Of a DNA stretch of 49,227 nucleotides, positions 1-9,996 are shown piece by piece. Source of the DNA: Candidatus Nanopelagicaceae bacterium (lineage in GTDB: Bacteria > Actinomycetota > Actinomycetes > Nanopelagicales > Nanopelagicaceae); contig DAIOSM010000004.1 of the NCBI GenBank assembly GCA_036752585.1, forward strand, positions 1 to 49,227, in the 5' to 3' direction. Under the pieces are notes generated by a model, which was given only the letters and a program-made list of their open reading frames with translations, made no database searches and had not been told where the DNA came from. Numbering within the stretch: position 1 is the stretch's first letter; every line of letters starts with the position of its first letter. A program made the position numbers and the translations under genes.

Positions 1-895
1 CCTCTAGCTTGGCATCGATATCAGCCAATGGAACTGTTCCAGCTGTTAGGCGAACGCCCTCGAGAACTGATGCAGGAGCAAGAGTTACGAAGCTTGGGCT
101 TAGAACGCCATCGCCACCAGCCAAGATTCCTGTGTAACCGCTATCACGGAGCTGCTTGAAGAATACAGCTGCCTGTGGGAAGTAGCCGGTGTAGATGACT
201 ACGTTCGCATTAGCGGTCTTGATCTTGGAGATAGTTGCTGACCAGTCAGTGGTCTTATCTGAAACGCTGTCGAAACCAGCTGATTGTCCTGCTGGAATAC
301 CAGGCTTCATGTAATCGACTAGACCAACGCCGTAAGCGGACTGGTCATCGACGATGAATACCTTAGGTGATGAAACTCCCTTGGTAGCGAGCTTGAATAG
401 TGATGGTCCCTGAACTCTGTCAGTTACAACTACGCGATGGAATACAGGAACTCCAAGAGCTCCACCTGGTGAAGCTGGATCTGTGATCGATACGCGAGTA
501 GCTGATGGAGAGATCATTGGGAGCAAGCGCTGCTTGTAGAAAGGAAGCGATGCGATTGTTGCGCCTGAGTATGCAGGACCAACAACGCCGATGATCTTGT
601 TATTTGAGGCGATACCAGGAGCAACCTTTGCAGCTTGTGCTGGGTCTCCCTGATCGTCAGCCTGTACAACTCTTACTCTGATCTTGCCCTTGTTCTTTGC
701 ATTGAAGAGCTTGACTGCGTATTGAACGCCAGCCAACTCATCTTGACCAACCTGTGCTTCTTCACCGGTTAGAGGGCCTTGGAAAGCGATTGTTACAGTT
801 CTAGCTTTAGCATTCGACGCCGGCGCATATGCGACGAGCGAAGTAATCGCTAGAGCGGCTGCTGCAGCAACCGAAGTTAAGCGAAGCTTCTTCAT
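1..895 (-). CDS. Branched-chain amino acid (Leu/Ile/Val) ABC transporter substrate-binding protein, LivJ/LivK family; 3' end runs off the window
   Basis: Absent from the ORF track because there is no stop in the window. My translation from ATG 895-893: MKKLRLTSVAAAAALAITSLVAYAPASNA-KARTVTIAFQGPLTGEEAQVGQDELAGVQYAVKLFNAKNKGKIRV...GVVGPAYSGATIAS. This is a Sec signal peptide plus a type-I periplasmic binding fold. SD AAAGG lies 5 nt upstream. Confidence 0.75.
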   Translation of the reverse strand, partial: MKKLRLTSVAAAAALAITSLVAYAPASNAKARTVTIAFQGPLTGEEAQVGQDELAGVQYAVKLFNAKNKGKIRVRVVQADDQGDPAQAAKVAPGIASNNKIIGVVGPAYSGATIASLPFYKQRLLPMISPSATRVSITDPASPGGALGVPVFHRVVVTDRVQGPSLFKLATKGVSSPKVFIVDDQSAYGVGLVDYMKPGIPAGQSAGFDSVSDKTTDWSATISKIKTANANVVIYTGYFPQAAVFFKQLRDSGYTGILAGGDGVLSPSFVTLAPASVLEGVRLTAGTVPLADIDAKLE

Positions 896-912
896 GTTTA
901 CCTTTCAGTTGT

Positions 913-933
913 CCGCGAATTCCGGACTCGCGG
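913..933 (-). promoter_or_regulatory. 5'-UTR hairpin (CCGCGAGU-CCGGA-AUUCGCGG) 12 nt upstream of the SD of the liv SBP gene
   Basis: Inverted repeat ccgcga...tcgcgg read directly, 8 bp including wobbles. No U-tract on either strand, so it is not a terminator. Confidence 0.3.
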
Positions 934-941
934 GATGGCGC

Positions 942-971
942 AGTTTAGATGAGCCTCTCAGATCGTGACAA
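942..971 (-). promoter_or_regulatory. Candidate sigma-70-type promoter of the liv SBP gene (TTGTCA-N18-TAAACT)
   Basis: -35 TTGTCA is the complement of 966-971. -10 TAAACT (TANNNT) is the complement of 942-947. Spacer is 18 nt. Sequence match only. Confidence 0.35.
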
Positions 972-1029
972 TGGCAATTTTCCGGAAAAGGTAAACATCA
1001 TGTAACAAAGAGTCCCAAATAGTGGACGA

Positions 1030-1608
1030 TTACCAGTTTTGAGCCTGTTGGGGGTCGATAACGGCCTCAGCCACCTGCTTCATGGAGACCCGCTTATCCA
1101 TCGCGGTCCTTTGAATCCACCGGAAGGCATCCGGCTCACTTAAATTCATTGCCTTCATCAAAATCCCCTTAGCACGATCAATTAATTTTCTAGTCTCTAA
1201 TCTCTCACTCAGATCCGCTACCTCGGCCTGTAGCGCAAGCATTTGGGCATGGCGCGTAGTTGCAATCTCTATTGCAGGGATCAAATCGTCAATCGTGAAG
1301 GGCTTAACGACATATGCCATCACTCCAGCATCTAATGCTCGTTCTACTAAATCCTTTTGGCTAAATGCCGTCAGCATAAGTACTGGAGAAGTTTTGACAA
1401 TAGTTTCTGCGGCGGAGATTCCATCCAACTTCGGCATCTTGACATCGAGAATTGCCAAATCAGGTTTCAATTCATTAGCAAGAACTACCGCTTCCTCTCC
1501 GTTAGTGGCTTCAGCAACGACTTCATATCCATTTTCGCGGAGCATTTCTGCCAGATCCATCCGAATGAGTGTCTCATCTTCGGCAATAAGGATTCGTTTA
1601 CTGGTCAT
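1030..1608 (-). CDS. pdtaR: ANTAR-domain response regulator (receiver + ANTAR RNA-binding antiterminator), PdtaR orthologue
   Basis: RILIAEDETLIRMDLAEMLRENGYEVV...DVKMPKLDG...LTAFSQKDLVERALDAGVMAYVVKPF...LETRKLIDRAKGILM...AFRWIQRTAMDKR aligns along its whole length with the M. tuberculosis PdtaR sequence as I recall it. Confidence 0.92.
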   Translation of the reverse strand: MTSKRILIAEDETLIRMDLAEMLRENGYEVVAEATNGEEAVVLANELKPDLAILDVKMPKLDGISAAETIVKTSPVLMLTAFSQKDLVERALDAGVMAYVVKPFTIDDLIPAIEIATTRHAQMLALQAEVADLSERLETRKLIDRAKGILMKAMNLSEPDAFRWIQRTAMDKRVSMKQVAEAVIDPQQAQNW

Positions 1609-1609
1609 G

Positions 1610-1682
1610 TGCCTCGAGTCGGATTCGAACCGACACTATACGGTTTTTGAGACCGTCCTCTCTACCGTTGGAGTACCGAGGC
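1610..1682 (-). tRNA. tRNA, anticodon CAA (reads UUG, Leu); 73 nt; Leu-like acceptor and D arm but only a 5-nt variable loop; CCA not encoded
   Basis: Hand-folded cloverleaf: GCCUCGG UA CUC-CAACGGUAGA-GAG G ACGGU-CUCAAAA-ACCGU AUAGU GUCGG-UUCGAAU-CCGAC UCGAGGC A. U8, A14, GG, U33 and the UUCGAAU T-loop are present. Confidence 0.8.
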
Positions 1683-1696
1683 GAGGAAGCGTTAGT

Positions 1697-3136
1697 TTAG
1701 CGATAAGCAGGAGCGACGCCACCCACAGCATCTCCGATGATGTGCACGCGCATCGCGTTGGTAGAACCAGGAATTCCCGGTGGTGAACCGGCGACGATCA
1801 TTATTGCCTCGCCCTTTGTTACCCGCTTCTCTTCAATAAGTATCGCATCAACCTGCTTTACCATCTCATCGGTTGTATTAACTAGTGGAGTAATGAATGA
1901 CTCAACTCCCCAAGAGAGTGCAAGTTGACGATAGGTCGCCTCATCTGGCGTCAAAGCAACTACTGGAATGTTGCTACGCAAACGGGACATGCGACGAGCT
2001 GAGTCCCCTGATTTAGTAAAGGTAGCTAGAACTTTCGCGCCAATTACCTGGCCCACTTCGGTAGCGGCTTTCGTTATGGCACCGCCTTTAGTGCGTGGAT
2101 TGTGCAATAGCGATGGGATTAGATGTAGTGCATCTGTTTCTGTCTTCTCGATGATACGTGCCATGGTTTTGACGGCTTCGATTGGATAGCTACCAACACT
2201 TGTCTCGCCAGAGAGCATCAATGCATCTGCGCCATCGAGAACAGCGTTTGCGCAATCCGTAGCTTCTGCGCGGGTTGGTCTCGAATTAGTGATCATGGAA
2301 TCAAGCATCTGTGTAGCAACAATGACCGGCTTCGCCTCTTCGCGGGCAAGAGTGATACACCGTTTTTGAACGAGCGGAATATCCTCTATCGGCATTTCTA
2401 CTCCGAGATCGCCACGAGCGACCATGATTCCATCGAAGGCCTTGATAATCTCTTCGAGATTCTCAACTGCTTGTGGCTTTTCAATTTTCGCGATCACAGG
2501 ACGGAAGATTCCCAGTTCCTTCATGACTGCATGAACGCCCTCTATATCTTTGGCGCTTCTAACAAATGAGAGTGCGATGAAATCGGCGCCCGCCTTAAGC
2601 CCCCAACGAAGATCATCAATATCTTTCTCAGAGAGGGCAGGAACCGACACTGCAACTCCTGGAAGATTTAGTCCTTTGTTATTCGATATTGGGCCAGCTT
2701 CAACACACTTAGTCTTCACCTCGGTCTTAGTAACTTCTATGACTTCTACAGTGACTTTTCCGTCATCGATAAGAATTCGATCACCAGTTTTGCAATCGCC
2801 TGGAAGACCCTTATAGGTGGTGCTTACTCTCTCTTTAGATCCGACAATATCCTCGGTGGTTATCGTAAGGAGATCATCGACCTTAAGTTCATGAGGGCCA
2901 CTCTCGAATCTACCGAGGCGGATTTTTGGCCCCTGTAGATCTACAAGTATCGCGACTGCCACACCTTTACTTGTGGCGGTACTTCTAACCAGATCCAAGC
3001 GAGCCTGATGCTCGTCGTAACCGCCGTGTGAGAGATTGAGTCGAGCCACATTCATACCAGCTTCAATAAGTGAGGCGATGCCTTCTGGGCTCTCTACAGC
3101 AGGACCGAGAGTGCAAACTATCTTCGCTCTACGCAT
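1697..3136 (-). CDS. pyk: Pyruvate kinase
   Basis: MRRAKIVCTLGPA...NVARLNLSHG...IMVARGDLGVEMP...ATQMLDSM; full-length PK family, 479 aa. Confidence 0.96.
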   Translation of the reverse strand: MRRAKIVCTLGPAVESPEGIASLIEAGMNVARLNLSHGGYDEHQARLDLVRSTATSKGVAVAILVDLQGPKIRLGRFESGPHELKVDDLLTITTEDIVGSKERVSTTYKGLPGDCKTGDRILIDDGKVTVEVIEVTKTEVKTKCVEAGPISNNKGLNLPGVAVSVPALSEKDIDDLRWGLKAGADFIALSFVRSAKDIEGVHAVMKELGIFRPVIAKIEKPQAVENLEEIIKAFDGIMVARGDLGVEMPIEDIPLVQKRCITLAREEAKPVIVATQMLDSMITNSRPTRAEATDCANAVLDGADALMLSGETSVGSYPIEAVKTMARIIEKTETDALHLIPSLLHNPRTKGGAITKAATEVGQVIGAKVLATFTKSGDSARRMSRLRSNIPVVALTPDEATYRQLALSWGVESFITPLVNTTDEMVKQVDAILIEEKRVTKGEAIMIVAGSPPGIPGSTNAMRVHIIGDAVGGVAPAYR

Positions 3137-3142
3137 TGGAGA

Positions 3143-3148
3143 ACCTTA
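3143..3148 (-). promoter_or_regulatory. Candidate -10 hexamer TAAGGT placed 6 nt before the pyk ATG (leaderless geometry)
   Basis: TANNNT hexamer, then TCTCCA, then ATG. The same bases could instead act as a weak AAGG SD. Confidence 0.25.
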
Positions 3149-3184
3149 TTCCATTACTCGTTTTATACCGAAACTACTACTCGA

Positions 3185-4642
3185 TCAGACTGTCAAGGGT
3201 CTTGAATTCGGTTCGATCGGCGAAGGAAGTTGTGTCCGCCCCATTAAGTACTCATCAACGGATGCTGCAGCGCTTCTACCTTCTGCGATGGCCCACACGA
3301 TTAATGATTGTCCACGACCTGCATCACCGCATACGAAGACATTATCGATATTTGATTTGAAGTTTTCATCACGCTCGATATTTCCACGTGCATCAAGTTT
3401 CAGTTCTAGATCTTTGACTAATTTATTCTGTTCGATACCGGTGAAGCCCAAGGCCAAGAAGACCAGGTCAGCTTCGATTACCTTCTCGCTTCCTTGGACT
3501 GGTTCAAATTTTCCATTCTCGAAAATTGTCTCAACTACTTTCAAACCAGTTAGGTTTCCTTCTTTATCTTTGACGAACTCTTGTGTTGCAATCGAGTAGA
3601 GACGCTCGCCAGCCTCTTCATGCGCGCTACTAACTCGGTACACCATTGGATAGGTAGGCCAGGGTTGCGATGACGGACGTTCATCGCTAGGGCGTGGCAT
3701 GATCTCGATCTGAGTTATATGAGCTGCGCCTTGTCTTATCGCAGTTCCTAAACAATCTGCTCCGGTATCTCCGCCACCAAGGATGATGACCCGTTTTCCA
3801 TGAGCATCAATCGCAGGAGATTCACTTAGTTCGCCGAGAGCTTGTTTATTTCCCCAAGGCAGATACTCCATCGCTTGGTGCACGCCACGAGCTTCTCGAC
3901 CAGGAATATTCAATTCACGAGCTTGAGTAGCACCCACAGCCAAAACCACAGCGTCATACCGTGACTTCAATTCACTTGCAGTGAGATCCACTCCTACATT
4001 CACTCCGGCACGGAAACGAGTTCCCTCTCGCTGCATCTGATTGAGACGGCGATCAAGTATCGATTTCTCCATCTTGAACTCTGGAATTCCATATCGGAGT
4101 AGGCCACCGATCTTCTCGGCTCTTTCGTAGACAACAACTGTGTGTCCGGCTCTAGTTAGTTGCTGCGCAGCGGCAAGCCCGGCTGGGCCCGAACCAATCA
4201 CTGCGACGGTCTTTCCTGTGATCCGGTCTGGCTGAAGCGGGCGGACTGATCCGGCGAGAAATGCCTCCTCGATGGTGCGAAGCTCAATCTGCTTTATGGT
4301 CACCGGGTCTTGATTGATGCCTAAAACACAAGATGTCTCACATGGCGCGGGACAGAGCCTTCCGGTGAATTCTGGAAAGTTATTTGTGGCATGAAGTCGG
4401 TCGATTGCATCGACTTTCTCATTCCGCCAAATTAGATCGTTCCATTCAGGAATTAGATTTCCAAGCGGACAACCCTGATGGCAGAAAGGTATTCCGCAAT
4501 CCATGCAACGACCTGCTTGGCGCTGGAGACTCGAGAACTCTTGCTCTTCATAAACTTCGCGCCAGTCTCTAATTCGAACATCGACGGGTCGGCGCTTGGG
4601 AGTTTCCCGATCAAACTTCATAAATCCTTTGGGGTCAGCCAT
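3185..4642 (-). CDS. gltD: Glutamate synthase (NADPH) small subunit
   Basis: Fe-S Cys cluster CMDCGIPFC...[14 protein letters not shown] Rossmann motif, 485 aa. It overlaps the gltB stop by 8 nt. Confidence 0.96.
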   Translation of the reverse strand: MADPKGFMKFDRETPKRRPVDVRIRDWREVYEEQEFSSLQRQAGRCMDCGIPFCHQGCPLGNLIPEWNDLIWRNEKVDAIDRLHATNNFPEFTGRLCPAPCETSCVLGINQDPVTIKQIELRTIEEAFLAGSVRPLQPDRITGKTVAVIGSGPAGLAAAQQLTRAGHTVVVYERAEKIGGLLRYGIPEFKMEKSILDRRLNQMQREGTRFRAGVNVGVDLTASELKSRYDAVVLAVGATQARELNIPGREARGVHQAMEYLPWGNKQALGELSESPAIDAHGKRVIILGGGDTGADCLGTAIRQGAAHITQIEIMPRPSDERPSSQPWPTYPMVYRVSSAHEEAGERLYSIATQEFVKDKEGNLTGLKVVETIFENGKFEPVQGSEKVIEADLVFLALGFTGIEQNKLVKDLELKLDARGNIERDENFKSNIDNVFVCGDAGRGQSLIVWAIAEGRSAAASVDEYLMGRTQLPSPIEPNSRPLTV

Positions 4643-7600
4643 TTAGCACCTCCATAATCGCACGGTCTGTGTCCTTACCAGATTTCTCGGCATCGGAGAT
4701 GACTTTCAGTACTCGCGCATAGTCACGAGGCATTACCCGAGTGAATCTTTTTACTGAAGATGACCAATCCTTTAGCAATTCCGATGCGACTTCGGAGCCA
4801 GTCTCAGCAAAGAATTTCGAGACAATAGCTTGAAGTCGAACTTCATCTTCTATGGGGACTTGTTGTAGATCCACCATCTCTGTGTTGACTAATCGTGGAT
4901 CTAGATCCAAAAGGTAGGCGACTCCCCCGGACATTCCTGCAGCAAAATTTCTTCCCGTCTTTCCTAGTACAACAACGGTTCCACCAGTCATGTACTCGCA
5001 ACCATGATCGCCAGATCCCTCGACTACAGCAGTCGCGCCCGAATTTCGAACGCAGAATCTCTCGCCAACTATGCCGCGAACAAATATCTCACCGCTCGTC
5101 GCTCCATATCCGACGACATTTCCCGCGATCACATTCGCTTCGGATTTAAAGAGCGCCTTCTCGTCTGGTCTGACTATTAGTCGACCACCTGAGATTCCCT
5201 TGCCCAAGTGGTCATTTGTATCGCCGTACAAGCGAATAGTGAGTCCACGTGGAATGAAAGCTCCCAATGATTGACCTGCGGAGCCATGCAACGTAACTTC
5301 GATGGTGTCCTCCGGAAGGCCCGCTCCTCCAAAGCGTCTCGTTATCTCTGATCCCAGGATCGTTCCTACCGTGCGATTTCTATTTCTAATCGCTAGCGAA
5401 ATTGCCAGGTGATCTCCTGATACCAAGGCGGGAGCAGCTAACTCAAGTAGTTCGTTGTCGAGCGCACCCGATAAGCCATGATCTTGATCAATCTCTTTCT
5501 TTCTAGCTGGATACTTCGTTGAATCTGGGAATTTGAGGATTGGTTCTAGGTTCAGGCCGGAGGCCTTCCAGTGATCGACTGCTTTCTTGGTATCGAGCAG
5601 CTCAACCTGGCCAATCGCCTCAGCTAAGGATTTGAAGCCAAGTTTCGCCAACCACTCCCGCACTTCTTCAGCGATGTATTCGAAGAAAGTCTCTACAAAT
5701 TCTGGTTTCCCGGTGAAACGCTTTCGGAGTTCTGGATTCTGAGTCGCAACTCCTACGGGACAGGTATCGAGATGGCAAACACGCATCATCACGCAGCCGG
5801 AGACAACTAGTGGAGCAGTAGCAAACCCAAACTCTTCGGCTCCCAGTAACGCGGCAATGATTACATCTCTGCCGGTCTTCATCTGACCATCAGTCTGGAC
5901 CACAATGCGATCACGCAATCCATTTAGAATCAAAGTTTGCTGAGTTTCAGCCAAACCTAACTCCCACGGAGCGCCAGCATGCTTCAAGGATGTAAGAGGT
6001 GAAGCGCCAGTTCCGCCATCATGGCCAGAGATGAGAACGACATCTGCGTGTGCCTTACTTACTCCTGCAGCAACAGTTCCCACTCCCACCTGGGCGACTA
6101 ATTTGACGTGGACACGAGCATCTCGATTCGAGTTCTTTAGATCATGAATCAATTGAGCCAGATCCTCGATCGAATAAATGTCGTGATGAGGCGGAGGCGA
6201 GATCAAACCAACGCCAGGAGTGGAGTGGCGGGTCTTTGCAATCCAGGGATAGACCTTATTTCCAGGAAGTTGTCCACCCTCGCCAGGTTTTGCACCCTGG
6301 GCCATCTTGATCTGAAGATCATCAGCGTTGACCAAATATTCGCTAGTTACGCCAAATCTTCCTGACGCAACCTGCTTTATCGCCGAACGCTTTGAGTCGC
6401 CATTTGCGAGCGGTTTATAACGCTCCGGATCTTCTCCACCTTCACCAGTATTTGACTTTGCACCGAGGCGATTCATCGCAATAGCTAATGTCTCGTGCGC
6501 TTCCTGTGAGATGGAACCATATGACATGGCGCCAGTTGAGAAGCGTTTCACTATCTCCGAGACCGGTTCTACCTCTTCGATCGGAATAGGTTTACGAACA
6601 CCTTCTTTGAATGTAAATAATCCCCGAAGAGTCATCAAAGCTTTTGATTGCTCATCAATTTTTGTCGTATAGCGTTTGAAGATGTCATAACGCTTCGAGC
6701 GAGTGGCATGTTGTAATGCGAATACAGTCTCTGGATCAAATAGGTGTGGCTCACCATCTCTGCGCCACTGGTATTCCCCACCGATAGGTAGCCGTTTCGT
6801 GTTTGGAATCTCTCCGCCTGGTGGATAAGCAATGTGGTGACGCTTAATCGTCTCTTCAGCGATTACATCCAATCCGACGCCACCGAGTCTGGATGTTGTG
6901 CCAACAAAATATTCGTCGATCAACTCTTGAGATAGTCCTAAGGCCTCAAATACTTGGGCACCGGTGTATGAGGCGATTGTCGAGATTCCCATCTTCGACA
7001 TAACTTTGAGAACGCCTTTGCCAAGCGCCTTGATTAGGTTGTAGACAGCTTTCTCTGCCGTCAGATCCGATATAACTCCTTGGAGAACTAGATCCTCAGC
7101 TGATTCCATCGCCAGATAAGGATTTACAGCAGCTGCGCCATAACCGATAAGCAATGCGACATGGTGAACTTCTCGCACTTCCCCTGTTTCAACGACCAAA
7201 CCAACCTTGGTTCTAGTCTTCTCACGAATTAGATGATGATGCACGGCTGCGGTAAGAAGTAGTGATGGAATCGGTGCATTTTCACCATCGCCATCGCGAT
7301 CGGAGAGCACGATGATTCGTGCACCCTCTTTTATGGCCTGAGAAACTTCAGCTCTAATCTCTTCGAGGCGCTCTCTAAGTCCCTCTCCCCCATCAGCGAT
7401 CGGGAAGAGACCTCTCACTACATATGCCGATAAACCTGGATGGTTTCCATCAGCATTAACATGAATAATCTTCGCGAGTTGATCATTATCAATCACCGGA
7501 AAATCAAGGGCTATCTGACGGCATGAGGCTGGGCCTGGATCGAGGAGGTTATGTTCTGGTCCGATTGATCCACCAAGAGAAGTGACTAACTCTTCTCGAA

Positions 7601-9167
7601 TCGCATCAAGTGGCGGATTTGTTACCTGGGCAAAGAGTTGAGTGAAGTAATCAAAGAGCAAGCGTGGTTTTTCCGAGAGAACAGCAACTGGGGTATCTGT
7701 TCCCATGGAGCCAATGGGCTCAGCACCGCTCCTCGCCATTGGCGTGATGATCAGGCGCAACTCTTCTTCCGTATATCCGAAGGCTCTCTGCCTACGGAGA
7801 ACTGAAGAATGCGGGTAGAAAATGTGCTCACGTGGCGGAATATCTTCTAAGCGAACCATTCCGCCATGAAGCCATTCTCCATATGGAGCCGAGCTTGCTA
7901 GTGAATCCTTAATTTCATCATCTTCAATCACGCGCCCAGCATCGAGATCTACTAGGAACATCTTTCCGGGTTGGAGGCGACCTTTCCGCATTACTCTTTC
8001 TTGCGGAATATCAAGAACGCCAACTTCGCTTGCCAAAACCACAAGACCATCTTTTGTAATCCAGAAGCGACTTGGCCTTAATCCATTTCTATCGAGCACG
8101 GCACCGATTTGGTGACCATCTGTAAATGTTATGCAGGCTGGACCATCCCACGGCTCCATCAGCGCAGAGTGGAAGCGATAGAAATCGCGGCGTAGTTGTG
8201 ACATCGTCTCGTGGTTCTCCCACGCTTCTGGGATCATCATCAAGACCGCATGAGGGAGCGATCGACCGCCAAGATAGAGAAGTTCCAAAACCTCATCGAA
8301 TGAAGCCGAGTCACTTCCCTGAGGGTCAACGATCGGAAATAGTCGCTTTAGATCTCCCGGAATCAATTCGCTCTCAAGAAGGGCCTCTCGAGCTGCCATC
8401 CAATTGCGATTGCCTTTAACTGTATTGATCTCACCATTATGTGCGATGAAACGGTAAGGATGAGCTAGCGGCCAAGAGGGGAAGGTATTGGTAGAGAAGC
8501 GAGAGTGGACTAAGGCAAATGGCGAAGCCAACTTAGAATCGTTTAAGTCAGGGAAGAACTCTCCAAGCTGGTGAGTAGTAAGCATTCCCTTGTAAACGAT
8601 GGTCTGGGCTGAAAGCGAAGCGAAATAAATTGGTAGTTGATGCTCAACTCTCTTCCTAAAGCAGAAAGCCAGGCGATCTAGAGCTATGCCTGATTCACCC
8701 TTAATCCCAGAGAGGAAGAGCATCTTGAAATCGGGCATAACTGATAAAGCAGTCGCCCCAAGGCTTGATGACTCAACAGGAACATCTCTCCAGCCAAGGA
8801 CTTTTAGTCCCTCTTCGTCAGCAAATTTCTCAATGCGATTTAATTCCTTGAAATCTCTCGGAATGAAAGCAATACCAGCCACATAACTTCCAGCATGGGG
8901 AAGTTCAAATTCAACGACAGCGCGTAAGAATTGATCTGGAACACGGATCATGATGCCGGCTCCATCGCCACTGTTTACTTCAGCGCCAGATGCGCCGCGA
9001 TGATCTAGATTACGTAGAGCTTCTAGTCCTTGTTGGACAATCTCATGCGTCGCCTCTTTATTGAGAGTTGCGACCATGGCAACTCCGCATGCATCATGCT
9101 CGAAGGCAGGGTCATATAGACCGCTGCGCTCCGGCAGAGCGCTAAAGAGATTTCCAGAGATTGCCAT
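4635..9167 (-). CDS. gltB: Glutamate synthase large subunit (Ntn amidotransferase, FMN and GXGXG domains)
   Basis: 1510 aa. Propeptide followed by the catalytic Cys in [18 protein letters not shown] lies 4 nt upstream. Confidence 0.97.
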   Translation of the reverse strand: MAISGNLFSALPERSGLYDPAFEHDACGVAMVATLNKEATHEIVQQGLEALRNLDHRGASGAEVNSGDGAGIMIRVPDQFLRAVVEFELPHAGSYVAGIAFIPRDFKELNRIEKFADEEGLKVLGWRDVPVESSSLGATALSVMPDFKMLFLSGIKGESGIALDRLAFCFRKRVEHQLPIYFASLSAQTIVYKGMLTTHQLGEFFPDLNDSKLASPFALVHSRFSTNTFPSWPLAHPYRFIAHNGEINTVKGNRNWMAAREALLESELIPGDLKRLFPIVDPQGSDSASFDEVLELLYLGGRSLPHAVLMMIPEAWENHETMSQLRRDFYRFHSALMEPWDGPACITFTDGHQIGAVLDRNGLRPSRFWITKDGLVVLASEVGVLDIPQERVMRKGRLQPGKMFLVDLDAGRVIEDDEIKDSLASSAPYGEWLHGGMVRLEDIPPREHIFYPHSSVLRRQRAFGYTEEELRLIITPMARSGAEPIGSMGTDTPVAVLSEKPRLLFDYFTQLFAQVTNPPLDAIREELVTSLGGSIGPEHNLLDPGPASCRQIALDFPVIDNDQLAKIIHVNADGNHPGLSAYVVRGLFPIADGGEGLRERLEEIRAEVSQAIKEGARIIVLSDRDGDGENAPIPSLLLTAAVHHHLIREKTRTKVGLVVETGEVREVHHVALLIGYGAAAVNPYLAMESAEDLVLQGVISDLTAEKAVYNLIKALGKGVLKVMSKMGISTIASYTGAQVFEALGLSQELIDEYFVGTTSRLGGVGLDVIAEETIKRHHIAYPPGGEIPNTKRLPIGGEYQWRRDGEPHLFDPETVFALQHATRSKRYDIFKRYTTKIDEQSKALMTLRGLFTFKEGVRKPIPIEEVEPVSEIVKRFSTGAMSYGSISQEAHETLAIAMNRLGAKSNTGEGGEDPERYKPLANGDSKRSAIKQVASGRFGVTSEYLVNADDLQIKMAQGAKPGEGGQLPGNKVYPWIAKTRHSTPGVGLISPPPHHDIYSIEDLAQLIHDLKNSNRDARVHVKLVAQVGVGTVAAGVSKAHADVVLISGHDGGTGASPLTSLKHAGAPWELGLAETQQTLILNGLRDRIVVQTDGQMKTGRDVIIAALLGAEEFGFATAPLVVSGCVMMRVCHLDTCPVGVATQNPELRKRFTGKPEFVETFFEYIAEEVREWLAKLGFKSLAEAIGQVELLDTKKAVDHWKASGLNLEPILKFPDSTKYPARKKEIDQDHGLSGALDNELLELAAPALVSGDHLAISLAIRNRNRTVGTILGSEITRRFGGAGLPEDTIEVTLHGSAGQSLGAFIPRGLTIRLYGDTNDHLGKGISGGRLIVRPDEKALFKSEANVIAGNVVGYGATSGEIFVRGIVGERFCVRNSGATAVVEGSGDHGCEYMTGGTVVVLGKTGRNFAAGMSGGVAYLLDLDPRLVNTEMVDLQQVPIEDEVRLQAIVSKFFAETGSEVASELLKDWSSSVKRFTRVMPRDYARVLKVISDAEKSGKDTDRAIMEVLNG

Positions 9168-9276
9168 CTCACTCCATCTTTCTCCGCTAACTTCAAAAGG
9201 CTGCGAATCAGTTCGCTAGAAGTTTTTTCTGAAGGGACGGCGATGGCCCGTGGAAGGGAAGAATCTACCAAAGAAC

Positions 9277-9984
9277 CTAGATGCCTGAGATATGAGCGAT
9301 CTGCCCGACAGCGGCTGTTATCGCCATACCTAGGGCGCCACCCAGAACGATTCGCAGTGTGGTGCGACCCACCTTCGCGCCGGCAGTCTTTGCGCTAATG
9401 ATTCCAGCTCCAACTAGGCCGAGAAATGAGAATCCAATTATTGAAATCGCCTTATCTCCGAGCGTCGGCGCGAAGGCGCCTACAAAGGGAATCAATCCTC
9501 CAGCGGTGAAGCTCAGCGCTGAAGCGGCAGCAGCTTGAAATGGCCTCGCCTTTGTGGCCTCGAACTGGCCCAACTCATCTCGAAGATGCGCTCCTAGCGC
9601 ATCATGCTCATGGAGTTCTTGGGCCACCTTCTCTGCTGTCTCTCGCGAAAGTCCTCGAGATTGATAGATCTGAGTCAACTCTTCCAATTCACCTTCGGGG
9701 TCGAGCTCAAGATGTTCCATTTCAAGAATGCGATCCGATTCCTCAATGTCATTCTGTGAACGCACCGATACATATTCACCAACTGCCATAGACATAGCTC
9801 CAGCGGCGATGGCAGCTGAACCTGCGGTTAGAACGAAATCATTCTTTCCAGCAGAGACAACTCCGATCATCAGCGAAGCGGTAGAGACAAGCCCATCGTT
9901 TACCCCAAGGACTGCAGCGCGTAGCCATCCGGCGCGATTGGTCTTGTGGTCTTCGTTTCGCTTGTTAATCTCATGGAGCGACAT
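9277..9984 (-). CDS. VIT1/CCC1-family iron/manganese transporter
   Basis: GWLRAAVLGVNDGLVSTASLMIGV...GEYVSVRSQ plus C-terminal TM helices. The track start at 9990 is TTG; the ATG at 9984 (MSLHEINK...) is the more likely start. Confidence 0.85.
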   Translation of the reverse strand: MSLHEINKRNEDHKTNRAGWLRAAVLGVNDGLVSTASLMIGVVSAGKNDFVLTAGSAAIAAGAMSMAVGEYVSVRSQNDIEESDRILEMEHLELDPEGELEELTQIYQSRGLSRETAEKVAQELHEHDALGAHLRDELGQFEATKARPFQAAAASALSFTAGGLIPFVGAFAPTLGDKAISIIGFSFLGLVGAGIISAKTAGAKVGRTTLRIVLGGALGMAITAAVGQIAHISGI

Positions 9985-9996
9985 GCTCAAACCCTA

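Noticed and set aside
896-1029. ANTAR target (two tandem hairpins with hexaloops, A at position 1 and G at position 4) in the liv leader downstream of pdtaR.
   Set aside because: I could fold only one solid hairpin (913-933), with a 5- or 7-nt loop, and a trivial GAG-AGG-CUC stem. No dual-hexaloop arrangement is supportable by eye.
1611-1682. Reading the tRNA on the plus strand, where the anticodon-like loop UUUUGAG would give UUG (Gln).
   Set aside because: On the plus strand the GGTTCGAATCC-type T-arm would sit at the 5' end. There would be no GG D-loop and no TTC T-loop at the 3' end. Only the minus-strand fold gives a canonical cloverleaf.
1295-1786. 163-aa plus-strand ORF spanning pdtaR, the tRNA and the end of pyk. 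Similar long antisense ORFs occur at 3036-3599, 9728-10180, 10404-10793, 20345-20725, 38412-38783, 38818-39126 and 39205-39558.
   Set aside because: Each is embedded entirely antisense to a gene with strong family-level homology. The translations are Ser/Arg/Pro/Ala-rich low-complexity sequence with no recognisable motifs and no SD. They are typical shadow ORFs.
3146-3154. Recurrent minimal uORFs encoding Met-Glu-stop: AUG GAA UAA before pyk (3154-3146), AUG GAG UGA before gltB (9177-9169), and AUG GAA UAG before the dsbA-like gene (11641-11633).
   Set aside because: The shared AUGGAR-UAR string coincides with a -10-like TANNNT hexamer (TAAGGT, TAGAAT) or with the SD (GGAG) of the downstream gene. 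That explains the recurrence without invoking translated uORFs. Three 9-nt matches are too few to argue otherwise.
9203-9216. Hairpin GCGAA-YYRR-UUCGC with a neighbouring T/A run between the VIT gene and gltB, considered as an intrinsic terminator.
   Set aside because: The stem is only 5 bp. On the minus strand the U-run is 4 nt long and separated from the stem by 4 nt. On the plus strand there is no gene to terminate. It may be a weak structure in the gltB leader.
9168-9276. GlnR-type nitrogen-regulator box upstream of gltB.
   Set aside because: Only loose AAAAC-N7-GAAC similarity is present. The consensus is too degenerate to call without a scoring matrix.
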